64,000 nt of DNA. Origin: Octopus bimaculoides (taxonomy: Eukaryota). The notes under the pieces were generated by a model, which saw nothing but the letters and a program-made list of their open reading frames with translations, did not search any database and was not told the origin of the DNA. The stretch lies in assembly GCF_001194135.2 (NCBI RefSeq), contig NC_068991.1, positions 78,869,533 to 78,933,532 of the forward strand, given 5' to 3'. The position numbers and the translations under genes were made by a program. Shown piece by piece: positions 24,666 to 38,320 of the stretch (position 1 is the stretch's first letter; the number at the start of each line of letters is the position of its first letter).

Positions 24666-25352
24666 CATGAACTTATTGCATTGAATCCTAAAATTGCAGA
24701 GGAAAATCTCAGAAGTAAACGAAAATTTCAACATAAATTGTAGAAGAGGATATAAAATCTTGTATGACAAAATTCGATTTCAGCAGTAAATATAGAGTAA
24801 GTAACACAATGACGTTAAGAATTCTAAATTTGGCAAAGAGAACAACTCTATATATAATCTTTTATATCTTTAAGCAAGTGGATATCTATCTCCCTAAGGA
24901 GCAGAGTTACTCATTTCATATATTGGCATCTACTCTTTCTTTTTTCTGTATCTGAGACTGTATCATATGGCAAACCTCGCTCTACATTTCCATTTCTAAC
25001 AGCATCACTGAATAATTATATTTTACTATACAGATGATAAATACGTTAAAGAAGAAGAAGAAGGAGAAAAAAAAAGAAAGAGAGAAAGAAAGAAAATCTC
25101 AGTGAAATCTGACCCTGTTATTCTAAAGAAGTTGACAAATGATGATAAATGACCTCTCTGATATAAAACTCGGATGTTATTTTAGATTTTGCAGATGTTA
25201 ACATTGACATGTCTACTAATCGATTAGAACACAATATTAAATAGAAGTTCCAGCTTCCAATGTAATTTGCGTGAACGGAGATGGAGTCTATTTTTCCCCC
25301 TTTATATCGAACCGTTAAACATATCAGAAACATAACTGAATGAATAAAGTAG

Positions 25353-25383
<31 letters not shown>

Positions 25384-25972
25384 AAGAAAAAAACAAATAT
25401 TGCAGGTTGTACTAATGGTAATTTCTTTTATATAGAAGCAAAGTAAATACATAAAATACATAAAGTAGACAAAAAAAAATAAATAAAAAAACAATACATT
25501 TATGTACAAGAAGCGAAATATTTATCCGAAAGGAAAAAAAAGTAATATACTGTGAATATGCGTGGGTGCACTTGAATGAATTGACAGAACAAGTAGAGTG
25601 ATATTCACATGTCTTTATTTATTCGCGTGCTGTTTTTGTTCTGGGTTCGAATATTGAAGTGGTCGGGATTGTGAGCCCGTGCATTCGGGGTAGCGTTAAA
25701 AGAGCAACAGTGAGAGCTTGGAGTTTTATTTATTCGGCTGCAATCTACCGAAGACTGTGCCTTAGTCTTTCTGTTACAAATGCATATATTATAGCCTTCC
25801 CACAGTTTCTACGACAGATTGGTTCGTGAGTCATCGTACAAAGCGAAATCGCATAAAGCGAGGGAGATACAGTTTTAATGATATTAAGTAAGACATATAA
25901 ACAAAATTGAAGCAATTATCTGCAGAAATAGAAATAGTACATATACCGTATCTATCTATCTATCTATCTATC

Positions 25973-26013
<41 letters not shown>

Positions 26014-26427
26014 GTATAGTTTACACATCAAGCAGAGGAAAAATCAATATAAAATCTCCTCCATTCAGTGAGAGTGAAATATCAATTTAATACACAACGA
26101 AAAGAGCCACTAATAGTTTTATGCTTTTATGATATTTGAACAATCATATTTATAAAGTACGCCATGTATCTCAAAGCAATATTTCAAGCTCTGTTTATGC
26201 AGATTGAGTTGCTGTCTCATGAACTTTGACACATTTTCTAGCATTTTGTTCTAAATCAGTTCTATTTTAACGAGCTTTCTTGATTTCGTTTCCTTTTTCT
26301 CGTTCCAATTTTTGCACCAACTTTCTTCACGTGTCTTCCACGTTTTTTTTCTTATTTTCTCACTCTCCAGCGTCCTTGTTTTTAAAATATAACATAGGAG
26401 CATGAAACTATTAGAAGCGCTTTCGGC

Positions 26428-26475
26428 TGTGTATTAAATTCATATATATATATATATATATGAATTTAATACACA
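26428..26475. repeat. Perfect 48-bp palindrome with (TA)9 centre
   Basis: tgtgtattaaattca-(ta)9-tgaatttaatacaca. Confidence 0.95.
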
Positions 26476-26980
26476 AGAGAATTGAAAAAATACCCCGGAA
26501 AATACTACTCTACTTGTATTTACGATGTTTATTTGTGTGAAGGCTAAATGACCAATTTCATTTGCATTGCTTTGATATCACATCATCTCTCAGTGGAATA
26601 TATAATTGTAGCAGAGCTGTCAGAATTAAGTACAAAGTCTGAGAACGGGTTGTGAGGTTTGAGAAAGAGGAAAAGGGGGTAAAACGAGCGTTGGGCGCAA
26701 CATATGCGTTTTGACATTGGCGGTGAGGAGATTACTAGTTTAGAAGAGAAAACAATGTTTTATTAGAAGTAGAAATACGCATCCGTCACTTAGTGCCTTA
26801 TTTCCCATGGATTAAGGACTATGTTACTGCCTAGAAATGGAGAGCCTGTGAAAGTTGAAAAAGGGGCAAACTAATTAACGTGTTTAATAGAATTCAGATA
26901 GTTTCTAGCCATCACAATGTCTTCTCGTTAATAGAGCTTGGTGTCAAAAAACGTTGCTAATATCATGGAGGGCCAAGAAC

Positions 26981-27195
26981 GCGGTGAGATGGCAGAATCG
27001 TTAGCACGCCAGACAATGTGCTTAGCGGTATTCCGTCCGTCTTTACGTTCTCAGTTCAAATTCCGCAGAGGTCGACTTTGTCTTTCATCCTTTCGAGTCG
27101 AGGAAATATGTACCAGTTGAATGCTGGGGTTGATGTAATCGACTAGCCCCCTCCTCCGAGCTTGCTGGCCTTATGCTAAAATTTGAAATCAATAT
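26981..27195 (+). mobile_element. SINE family C
   Basis: gcggtgagatggcagaatcgttagcacgcc...gttcaaattccgcagaggtcgactttg. Confidence 0.88.
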
Positions 27196-29149
27196 CTTGG
27201 AGGGTCAGGTATTTGTCAGTTTGGGAACTGCTGACCAATTGGTCGTAGTGTATAGAGTTTTGCTATTCAGTCGGGTTGGTTTTTATTGTAATATTAAATG
27301 TGAATCGATATCTGCCTGTTCTTAAGAGCAGTGCATAACAGTTGAGCAACATTGGAATTCCTCAATTGAGCAGGGTTGAATTATTTTGTTGTTCTGAAAA
27401 GAAAAAATATCTTGTCATAGTGATGCAAGTTTCAAAATGTCGTAGTTGTATGGCCGACGATAGAGACTATTAGTGATTGAGAAGTGTGTCATTTATTATT
27501 GGGGACTTTAGCTATTCGTTGTTCATTTGTCGGGTGATGGTGGTAGTGGTAGTGAAGGGCAAAATGTTTTGCTTCTTATTGGGAGTGATTATATCTTGCA
27601 GAAAATACGTGAAATTCAATAGTAGAGTCATTAATCATATTAAGAAGATTATGTGACTTGGTGATGAAAGAACAATGATTAAGGAGAAGTTGATGTGTTC
27701 AAGGACGCTGAGAAATTGCAAATTATCAGAATATACAAAGTCTAGATGATTAAATAGGAGGACGGAAATGTATTGTTTTCCAGTAACATGAAACGTGAAA
27801 TACTATAATTTCGACATGTTGCTATCTGTACGATCTGATGGAAAAACAAAAATACATACGTCATACAAAACGACAACAACATAAACATGCACAACGAACA
27901 TTTGTGAAATACAATTATTCGGAATATTAAAATTTTTGTCAAAGTAAAATTGATCTCTATTTTGAGAAAGAGAACTTTAAAAAAATTAGCGTTTTACATT
28001 TTTCAAATAATTAGCTGTTAAAATGAAGTGGTTTGGCTCCAGTTGGCAGCGGTACGTCCCACAGTTTTCTGGAAAGGTGCAGCTTATGCTACGAAACTCA
28101 CCAGAAAAGGTTAGAAATATTGATGAATTAGTTCATATTTCAAGCACATTTTGAAAGTTTCACAGGCGAGAGCTTATTTATAAAATAAAACTAAATACAT
28201 TTTGCGGGGATCGCAATGTATTTGTACGAAGTACTCATAATAGTAACATTATTATCATAATCTATAGAGTCATTATCACAGTCATATTGTTAAGCACAAG
28301 GTGGTTATAAGCAAACTATGTTCGTTTCTCTGAGTATCCATGTCTTTTAATTTAGAAAGGTATGCTCCACAAAACACTCCCTAGTTTCCCTGAAGGTAAT
28401 CTTATTTTTTTATGTCTACTTAATAGACAATTCCTATTTGGAATCTACTTCCTTTTTACTATCCAGCAGGCAATTTATTGGTGGATAGATACGGTAAGCC
28501 GGCTTTGAGCAGCGGCTTAATATTGCTTTAGTTATCTGGGTAAAACCAAAATACCTCGTTCATTTTAACTGCAGAACTTTCTGCCTATATTATATAATTA
28601 ATCTAACGTTCCTATATTATCATGTAAGCAATAGACGCAGGCGAATGTAGAAAACACAGAGCCTCGCAGGGTCGTAAAAAAATATTGTTATGTGTAGCAT
28701 TTAGCCGTACATCTGTCATCTCAGGACGTCTTCATTTGTAATGTAATTGTAGATTTAAATAAAATCTAAATTATGATATAAAGTTATATTATTTCAATAA
28801 TTTTAATAACCGAAAAAAATAAAATCAATAACGGTTATTAATGCCGACAGGGCATGTAGGTATTTAATTATTAGTTCTTCTGTACATGTGAAACCAAACG
28901 ACATTAAGTTATAGTTTTGAGGGCGTATTTTCTATACATTCAGCGCTTCTAAACTTTATTTTGGAGTGGACAAATAGAATGGAACTGGGGAATTTAATAA
29001 ACGATAAACTTTTATAATTAGTTCGAGTTATGAAAAGAGAAGAATGTATTTTAAGAGCAAATCTAATAAGTAAAAGAGATAAATACAATGAAAGGAATAG
29101 AACAAAAGAGAAACTTTTATGGTTTATGAAAGATAATAATTATTTATAA

Positions 29150-29335
29150 TTCAGTTGCGAGGTCAGATATTTGGAGAGAGGGCTGAGTCGATCAAATTGA
29201 CATCAGTGTATGAATGGAATTTTATCCACCTGATGATACTCAAATGTGAACGGGGTGGGTCGAGAACGTAGAGATACACAACTATATACCGGAAGACTTT
29301 TGGTTCGACACTCTAACGATTCTGCCAAACTACTT
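29150..29335 (-). mobile_element. Decayed SINE family C
   Basis: gagggctgagtcgatcaaattgacatcagtg...ctaacgattctgcca. Confidence 0.6.
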
Positions 29336-29759
29336 AAAGCGTTCCACATTTATAACTTCATCGAATTATCAAACGTAGATCAAAATAGGTCTGTTTGATC
29401 AACACCACCAATAACGTAGATATACCAATATGATAGGATGGGCCTGTAAAGTTTAATAAGCGACTTCTAGTATAGAAACAAATAAGAGAAATAGCACGGA
29501 GGGTGACCAGTGGTATCTATATGTACAACATAGACAAATACAGGTAAATACAGGTATATCAAATACCGTATAACATAAATTCTTGAGTTGTTAAAAATTA
29601 TCCTTGTCTCTGGAGGATATCGCATAATTACCAATTGCCAATTGAGACCATCTCCATACGAGAGGGGAGAAAATCTCCAAAATTGACCTGCCATGATAGA
29701 AAAAGACAGGTGTGAGGAGATGCGAGAAAAGTCATGGATATGTGTTTCTTCTCCAATAG

Positions 29760-29938
29760 GCGTCATCAACACGACAATTGTCCTACCTTACCTCCAGTAG
29801 CCAAGGGAGTAGATGTATACAAGAGAGTAGAACACGTGTATGGTCCAGGAAACCTGCATGAGTTAAACAATAATGCGGAAGAAATAACTTCGAGTATCCA
29901 GCAACATGTGTATGTACAAAATAGACAAACAACCATAG
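29760..29938 (+). CDS. Candidate internal exon of an unidentified gene (phase 2 to phase 1)
   Basis: Acceptor tgtttcttctccaatag|G, donor TAG|GTATGT; only one open frame: RHQHDNCPTLPPVAKGVDVYKRVEHVYGPGNLHELNNNAEEITSSIQQHVYVQNRQTTI. Apparently non-repetitive. Confidence 0.55.
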
Positions 29939-31349
29939 GTATGTCAAATAATATCTTGAATTATTAACATTACCTTAGCATGTAGAGGATATGTGACAAT
30001 GACGATTTGGGAATTAAGACCAGCTCTATATGAGAAAGGGAAATAATCACAAGAAACGAGAATTCTCCAAAGTCTACATGCCATTAAGGCAAAGGTATAT
30101 AATACATACATACATACATACATACGTACGTACGTACACGCACACATACACGTGGTGGATTTGTGTTGGCTTAAAGCCACCACATATTAAAAAAATTGAA
30201 GAGAGTCTTGCACACACACACACACACACACACACTTATGTGTCTGAGACAATATGGCATAAATGAGTTTAACGTCCCCATACCAAACAGTATTCATAAT
30301 AAACATAATTGCAACACAAATATAATTTTAAACAATGATAATTCCAATATTATTTGGATATTATTCATAACAAAAACAGTTCCACAATTAAATAACTACA
30401 ATAGATAGTAAATACAATTCTAACGCTAAGTAAATATAATTTATAATAAATATATTTTTGGCGTCAAAAGAGAACAACAATATAAAATATAAAAATAATG
30501 TAACATCAGTTTTGGTAATATATGAAGAAAAATATAAACAACCATATAGTTATTTGTAATTAGTGAGGTAAAAAAAAAAAAAAACTAACGAGGTGACAAA
30601 AGGCGAAGCAACTGATCATTGTTAGAGTTTAAACAATTAAAAAACACAAAACACAAGAATTTTTTTGTTTTCGAAATGAATGTAAATATTGCAGCTGTAA
30701 AACTAAAAATATTATTCTACTCTTATGGCTAATTTTAAATAATTAATTATGGCTTCAACTCGCTAACGGTCGTGGGTGGAATCATGAGAATGTGGTGTCT
30801 TGTGAGAAACCCTTATGCTTTGCTTTCGGATTCTTCTATTATTGATTTTTGTAATTCATCCTTTGTGATCGATCTGATAAATAGATGTCCAGTGTAGGAT
30901 GGTGATACGTTTCACGTTCCTCCAAGCCAATCTTGGCGACTATAGTTCCCTCCATACCGAACATATTTAACTTTTCGTCTAGAAAAGCATTAAAAAATCT
31001 ACACAGGTATTTTAAAAAGATGAATCGAGAGCCAAAAACGGACCCCAAGGCATCATATAAATAACAGCAAAATGTTCCTCAAAGAACACCCTGTCATCTT
31101 AAATAAAGGAAATATTAGATAAGGAATTCTTAAATAGGTGTAATAAATCAGAGTGTTCCCAACTGGAATTATTTTGATCAGAGGCCAACTAGATGTCTTG
31201 ATTGACCCAGGGCTAAACGAAAACACCAGTAATTTTAGGCGAATTTATATGGTTTAAAATGTCATTTATGTTAGCTTTTAAAAACAATCGATGAACAACT
31301 TTTTTATGTAACGAATCATTTTAAAAGTTTAAAATATATATATAAATAT

Positions 31350-31351
<2 letters not shown>

Positions 31352-31430
<79 letters not shown>
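31352..31430. repeat. (GT)n microsatellite
   Basis: Direct reading. Confidence 0.95.
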
Positions 31431-31435
<5 letters not shown>

Positions 31436-31959
31436 TATAGCCATCAAGTAAATACGATTCCAAATTTGTTATGTCTTATGGGTTAAAAATGCGGTGAAGT
31501 GTAGCAGATTTATGTTTTCAGAACAGTTAATTTTCAGACTGAAATCGTGGAGGAAAAAAAATCATGAAATAAACCTGATTATGTTTTTCTTGTTGTTTAT
31601 AACGAACAACGGGAAAAGCAATCGATATATAGTGTAGGATGTAATTACATTTATTAGGTTGATGTCTTCTGTGGTTAGGTTAACTTTTACGAATGTTCGA
31701 CCAATCTGTCAGTCCAGCTTTAATGCGACGTGGGACCGGGACTGTTTCATTCTTCACACAGATTAGCTGAAACACAACCAAAATGCTGTAATTCACAAAC
31801 TGAAAAAGACATTTTTCTTGAACGAAGGCAATTTTAATTGACTTGATTACAAAAATTCATTGTTTAACTTAAATTTTAGATCGAGTTTTCCTTATGAGTT
31901 TTCTCGATATATATAACGCTGGAGTGTTATATATATATCACTGTCCAGCGCCTAACAAC

Positions 31960-32480
31960 GTTGTCTGAATGCATCTACTTAACAACCCAAGTGCCAGGCT
32001 GCAAGCCGACCGACGTTTCCCGGTTAATCTCTGCTCCTGCCACCGTCTCGTAAACCTCAATAGCCTTACCCACTTCACGTAGGCGTGCTACTGTGCTTAC
32101 GCTGATAGTGATATCGTTCGCGTAAGCTGTAACAAACTCCTCTAAACCTGGTTCTCTCGAGATACCACTCAACCTTTGCAGTAGGAGCTTGAGAGTCACC
32201 ACATACAAAAGTGGTGAGAACGGACATCCTTGAAGAACCGAGCGCCTGATGCAGAACAGCTTCGAAATGAAACCTTTCACCCGAACTATCGAGTCAATGT
32301 TGTGATACAAAGCGATAAACCACCTGATGAAGCCAAGGTATCGATGGTCAACCCTATAAGGGAGGCCAGACTAGTGAAATGGAAAAGGAGGCTTTCTGTT
32401 GTGTGCTTAGAGTTCGTAGCAAAGCCGGCAGCAGTTACAATGGTGGAACATTTACCACTTAGAGGTAATATATCCCAGAA
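31960..32480 (-). mobile_element. L1/Tx1-clade LINE reverse transcriptase fragment
   Basis: RVDHRYL...RRSVLQGCPFSPLLY...AYANDIT...YETVAGAEINRETSVGL (QGCPLSP and YADD motifs, decayed). Confidence 0.85.
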
Positions 32481-32640
32481 GTACCCCTCATACGCTTTAG
32501 TATTTTCTAATTTGAGGGGAGGGACACAAAAGTGGTTAAGGAGTATAGTTTATTGAACTGACCAAAATACTTGTCTGGCCATTAATTTTTCGCCCCACGA
32601 GGAAAGTAAAGTCATCTTAGTAATATTCTAATTCAGAACA

Positions 32641-32870
32641 GGGCGGCGAGCCGGCAGAATCGTTAGCACGCCGGGCGAAATGCGTCGCGGTATTTTGTCT
32701 GCCGTTACGTTCTGAATTCAAATTCCGGCGAGGTCGACTTTGCCTTTCATACTTTCGGGGTCGATTAAATAAGTACCAGTTACGCACTGGGGACGATGTC
32801 ATAGACTGAATCCCATTGTCTGTCCTTGTTTGTCCCCGCTATGTTTAACCCCCTGTGAGCAATAAAGAAA
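32641..32870 (+). mobile_element. SINE family C
   Basis: ggcggcgagccggcagaatcgttagcacgccgggcgaaatgc...ggggtcgattaaataagtaccag. Confidence 0.9.
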
Positions 32871-32967
32871 TAAATATTTTAATTCAGAACATAAAAGGAA
32901 ATAGTTAAACACTGTGTGTGAATTTTTTGATATTTGAAAAAGCTCTTCTCTTCCAGAATCCTTATTA

Positions 32968-33017
32968 CTGCCAAGCATTTCGCTCGGTGTGCTGACGATT
33001 CTGCCAGCTTACCACCT
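32968..33017 (-). mobile_element. SINE family C head, inverted relative to 32641
   Basis: aagcatttcgctcggtgtgctgacgattctgccagcttaccacc. Confidence 0.8.
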
Positions 33018-33219
33018 AAATAATAATGATGATGATGATGATGATGATGATAATAATAATAATAATAATAGTTTTCATCATAAACAAAAGATAATTAGAA
33101 AGGGATGCCAAATTGGTCTCCATTGTTAGTTTCTATTTTAATGTCCAAGCTTCCGTGTTTAATTAAGAAAGTAATTATCTAGCGAAAATTTATCTCATTA
33201 TATATATATAATGAATAAA

Positions 33220-33359
33220 GGTGTCGATTAGGCAGAATCATAGGAACGTTGGAAAATATTCTTTGTGATATTTCTTTAGGTTCTACGTTCAAAATTCCGC
33301 CTCAACTTGCTCTCCACCCTCTAAATTGGTGGCTTGTACTGAAATGAAAAAGAATTATA

Positions 33360-33401
<42 letters not shown>

Positions 33402-33500
33402 CAGTGTGCAAGTTTACATAACCGACTTAATCTCTTTCCCTAAATTTGAAGCCTTGAGCTTCCAGTAGAAAGGATTATTATTATTATTATTATTATTATT
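33220..33500 (+). mobile_element. Decayed SINE family C with (TA)n insertion and (ATT)n tail
   Basis: ggcagaatc...gttcaaaattccgcc...gccttgagcttccagtagaaagg(att)n. Confidence 0.6.
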
Positions 33501-34088
33501 AAGTCTCACTCTATAAGGATTGTGAAAAGGAAGAACTTTTTCAAATATCAAAAAATTCACACACAGTATTTAGCGTTCAAATGATTTAAACTTGCACTCC
33601 GAAATTTTTACCGGGGACCAAGTTCGTAGAGTAAAAAGAGTGGCTATAAGAGGAATGTCGGTGAGGAGATATGGAGACAATTATGCGAAGAAACAAATAA
33701 AACTGCTTGGCTTTGATTTACAAAATATATATCCATGGATACATGTAAATAGAGAGAAAGCAAGGACTGAAAATTTTCAGACGATTAATATTCATGTCTA
33801 AATATAGAGAAAATTATACATTAACAGATCAAACTTACACAAAATACAAAAGACACTGAAAATTAAGGTAGCACCATACCTTCTTCCCTTTAATGTTCTG
33901 TGTCTTTTGTACTCTGTGCGAGTTTGCTCTCTTAACAAATAGATATCTTTATATTTAGACATGAATATTCAACGTCTGAAAATATTGAGTGTTTGGTTTC
34001 TCTCTATTTACATGGATATATATTTTGTAAGTCAAATCCAAGCAGTTTTATTTGTTTCTTCGCACAACTGTCGTCATCTCCCCCTCCC

Positions 34089-34134
<46 letters not shown>

Positions 34135-34136
34135 TT

Positions 34137-34350
34137 ACGGCGGCGAGTTAACAATCGTGAGCGCGTCAAGAGAATGCTTTGCGGTAGTCATTCCAGCTTT
34201 TTAGGTTCTGAGTTCAAGTTCTGCCTAGGTATAGTTTGCTTTTCATCCTTTCGGGGTCGATAAAGTAAAGTATCGGTGAAATACTGTGGTCGAGGTATCG
34301 ACTAACCTTTCCCTCTGAAAATGTGTCTGGCCTTGTACCTAAATCAGTAA
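34137..34350 (+). mobile_element. SINE family C
   Basis: ggcggcgagtt...ttctgagttcaag...tcctttcggggtcgataaa...ggccttgtacct. Confidence 0.8.
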
Positions 34351-35204
34351 CCGCTATCTCCTCTGCAATATCAGAGCCAAGCACTGATTAGGAATAAGCG
34401 AACTTTTCGTTGAAATATGTCACAAACATATTTCAACATCGAATTTTATTTGATGCAATGTTTAAACTAAAAGCCAAAGCCAACACATTTTTCACTTAAG
34501 TTTTAAGTTATTCAGAATAAATAATTAATGTTATAGTCAGGATCTTGTTAATTTCTTATAACCACTTGAAAGTTTTCAAACTTTCACCATATTCTTTAGA
34601 AAAATAAAATACAGTTCTGTTGTAATTGTGCTGATGTAAGTCGCCTTCATTTTTCTAACTTTTGTCTTATCTAAGAATTAATAATAAAGAAATTTCTAGC
34701 ATTTAAATCCATGTAAGTTTTGCCAATCGAATGCGTTCATTGCGAACGTATCGGAGGTCGGAACTGTGTGTTGTCATGGAAATCAGCAAAGACAAAAGAT
34801 AAGACAACGTAGATAAAACCTTTAAGTAGTCCCTCGAACTGTCAGAAATAGTAACGAAATCTTCCTTCAACTACATTATGACATCTAAAAACAGAAAAGT
34901 CGACACATTATCTATCGTAGTTGAGGCATTTTTTGTTTTGTCATTTATAATTAGAGCATCAAAGCATCGTAATATGTTTCTAAAGTCACAGCGGCACTAA
35001 ATATGTTTAATATATATTATCATAAACACATTGTATACATTAATAAAGAACATCGTTAGTTTTGAAAACAAAATCTGGTGAAAATTTGAACAACATCAAG
35101 TGATTGGAAGAAATGTGCTTTCGTCGATTCATTTCTGTATCTCTTGCGTATCAATCGTTAGAGAAGATATAATGGTGTTTAACAGATTAGATAAGCTTCC
35201 GTAG

Positions 35205-35410
35205 TTTTTATCTTTTAACTTTTATTTGCTTCGGGGATTTGACTGCAGCCACCCTGAGGCGCGGCCTTGAAGGGTTTTAGTCGAATAAAATCGACCCCAA
35301 GATTAAAAATTTTTAAAACTTGGCACCTATTCTGCCGATCTACCTTGGCCGAACCGCTAACAAACCAACACCCCCTTTCAAGCGGTGGTGGAGGACTAAC
35401 ACAAAAACAC
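35205..35410 (-). mobile_element. SINE family A 3' half
   Basis: tttgactgcagcc...gtcgaataaaatcgaccccaag...gccgaaccgctaa. Confidence 0.75.
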
Positions 35411-35879
35411 ACTTATATAGATAAGTCTACAAGTATGGTTGTAGCTATCGTTTTTTTCAGATTTTGAACTACGTTCACCTTGTTAATTTATTTAACGTAC
35501 CACGACAATGTATTTTCCGAATCATTTGATTTATTGATTAATTTGATTAGCTCACATAACTTCCTATACGACATTTCTTCGAATCGATGAAGCTCAATCT
35601 TCTGGCGTAATTGCTTTTAAACAAAGAAGACTGATAACTAGTCGGTGATCGCATGAATTATAACAGGAGATACAGACAACGCCATTGAAGCATTACTTGT
35701 TTTAAGACTGTTGATCAGGCCGTCAGCAACATTGTTTTGTTATCAACTCAAATATAAAGCGGTAGACATCGCTATGATCATTTAACAATATTTCTATCTT
35801 GGCAGGGGTATAAACTGACGTATCTTTTATTTCTTTACACTGATTGGAAGGCAGCAGCTATGCTGCGGTACGGATTTAT

Positions 35880-36070
35880 GGGGTTTAGGCGAGGAAATCA
35901 ACCCCACTACTTGTTTTTTAAAGTCTATTACTTTTGCTATCGGTATCTTTTGTCCGACCGCTAGGTTGTAGGTACGTAATCATACCAACACTACCAACAT
36001 ACGTACGGGGTTCGATACATTTAACTAAAATTCTTCAAGGCGATGTTCCAGCATGGCCGCAGTATAATGA
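35880..36070. mobile_element. Two short SINE family A 3' fragments in opposite orientation
   Basis: Minus fragment to about 35990; plus fragment ggggttcgat...ccagcatggccgcagt. Confidence 0.55.
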
Positions 36071-36205
36071 CTAAAGAAAATGAAATATAAATAAGAAATT
36101 GCTTGTTTGCCACAACACAAGAACAGCAACAACGATAACAACGTCAACACCAACAGCAGACTTCGAAATGTGAATAAATAACAGAACAAAAAAGAAAAAA
36201 AATTA

Positions 36206-36329
36206 CAGGGTTGCTCTGTGAGTAGAAGCTTGTTTCCGAATCACACAGATCTGCGTTCAGTCTCACTGCGTGGCACCTCGAGCAACTGTCTTCTAATATG
36301 GCCTTAGGCCGATCACACTCACATACACA

Positions 36330-36365
<36 letters not shown>

Positions 36366-36395
36366 CACACTGACAGACAGACAGACACGCACACA

Positions 36396-36439
<44 letters not shown>

Positions 36440-38057
36440 TATATATGCATATATATAGGGCATAAATGCCTTCACAGACCCTTTTCCCATCACTGGAGGT
36501 CTTAAGGAAGGATGCGTCCTGGTACAAATCCGTTTCTCTTTGTACATGGCCGCCATGTTCAACGATATCCCACTGGTCTCGCCTTCCATCAACATGCGCT
36601 ATTGCTTGGATGGCGGACCCTTCAATCTCGCACGTCTCCGCGCAAAGACGAGGACCTCCGCCATCACAATCCGTGAAATGCAGTTTGCCCACGACAATGC
36701 CACTCCGAGCCGGACCGTAGATGGCCTACAAAGGACGGCTGATGTTTACAACGCGGCTTATGAATGCTTCGGGATGCGGGTAAACATATTAAAGAATAAG
36801 ACCCTGATCCAACCTGCACCAGGCCAGAACAGTTCACCTACGAACATTAGCATCAACGGCTAACCCCTAGAAGAAGTTGAACACTTCTCATACCTTGAGG
36901 GTATTCTTTCAAAGACCCCACGTGTAAAGAGGACTTGGAGTACTGGATCAGAGCCACCCACTCCGCCTTCGGTAGACTCATCCAACGCATATTCTTCAAT
37001 CACGCACTGACCATCCGAACAAAGATCATGGTTTTCCGTGCTATTGTCCTGTCAACTCTTCTCTGCGCTTGTGAGACTTGGACGCTGTACCGCCGTGACT
37101 TCAAGCGCCTTGAATGCTTCCAGTAATCCAGGCTACGACATATCCTCAATATTCGATGGGAAGATCACATTACCAACAACGCGGTTCTTCGCCGTTCCTC
37201 ACTATCAAACGTCGAAGCCACCAATCATCGCCATCATCTCTGCTGGGCAGGTCACGTCCAGCGTATGGTGCCCTCTCGTCTCCCGAGGATCATGCTCTAC
37301 GGAGAACTTGCCATCAGAATAAGACCCAGAAGAGGCCCGAAATTCCGTTTTAAAGACCAGCTCAAACGGACCCTGGCTCAAACTAACATTCATCCATCCT
37401 CATAGGAAGAGATTTCCATGGATAGGATAGCCTGGAGGACTGCTATCCGCAATGGAGCCAACTCCTTTGAGCAGAACAGACAACAGAATGAGGAGGTAAA
37501 ATGCAGGAAAAGAAAGGAGTGTCTTCAACATCCTTGACCCGCACCGACCATCCCGCACGTGTTCTGCCCACAACTCTTTGATCATCGACTTGGACTCCAA
37601 ACATCTGCCGAGGAGACTGGATAGAAGCTGACGAACCCAATGCTCGGATACAAGCTGGAGCCGACCATATATANNNNNNNNNNNNNNNNNNNNNNNNNNN
37701 NNNNNNNNNNNNNNNNNNNNNNNNNNNNNNNNNNNNNNNNNNNNNNNNNNNNNNNNNNNNNNNNNNNNNNNNNNNNNNNNNNNNNNNNNNNNNNNNNNNN
37801 NNNNNNNNNNNNNNNNNNNNNNNNNNNNNNNNNNNNNNNNNNNNNNNNNNNNNNNNNNNNNNNNNNNNNNNNNNNNNNNNNNNNNNNNNNNNNNNNNNNN
37901 NNNNNNNNNNNNNNNNNNNNNNNNNNNNNNNNNNNNNNNNNNNNNNNNNNNNNNNNNNNNNNNNNNNNNNNNNNNNNNNNNNNNNNNNNNNNNNNNNNNN
38001 NNNNNNNNNNNNNNNNNNNNNNNNNNNNNNNNNNNNNNNNNNNNNNNNNNNNNNNNN

Positions 38058-38092
<35 letters not shown>

Positions 38093-38320
38093 CATACATA
38101 CATCTGTGTGTGTTTGTCTTGTGTTTGGACCCATCACTGCTTGGCAACCAGTGTTGATTTCTTTTCGTCCCCATAACATAGCGGTTCGGTAAAAGAGATT
38201 GATAGAATAATACCATGCTTCTGAAATAATGTCCTGGTATCGATTCGTTTGACTAAAGCCCTTAAGGCAGTGCCCCAGCATGGCCGCAGCCCTTTGACTG
38301 AAACAAGTAAATGATAAAAA
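36206..38320 (+). mobile_element. SINE family A interrupted by an RTE LINE
   Basis: 5' half 36206-36312, 3' half 38101-38320, with microsatellite, RTE and gap in between. Confidence 0.75.
36458..37666 (+). mobile_element. 5'-truncated RTE (BovB-like) LINE: RT core to C-terminus
   Basis: FPITGGLKEGC.L...MAAMFND...REMQFAHD(ADD)...YECFGMRVNILK...AFGRL...TKIMVFRAIVLSTLLCACETWTLY...WAGHVQRM..RLPRIMLYGEL...RFKDQLK; several stops and frameshifts. Confidence 0.92.
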
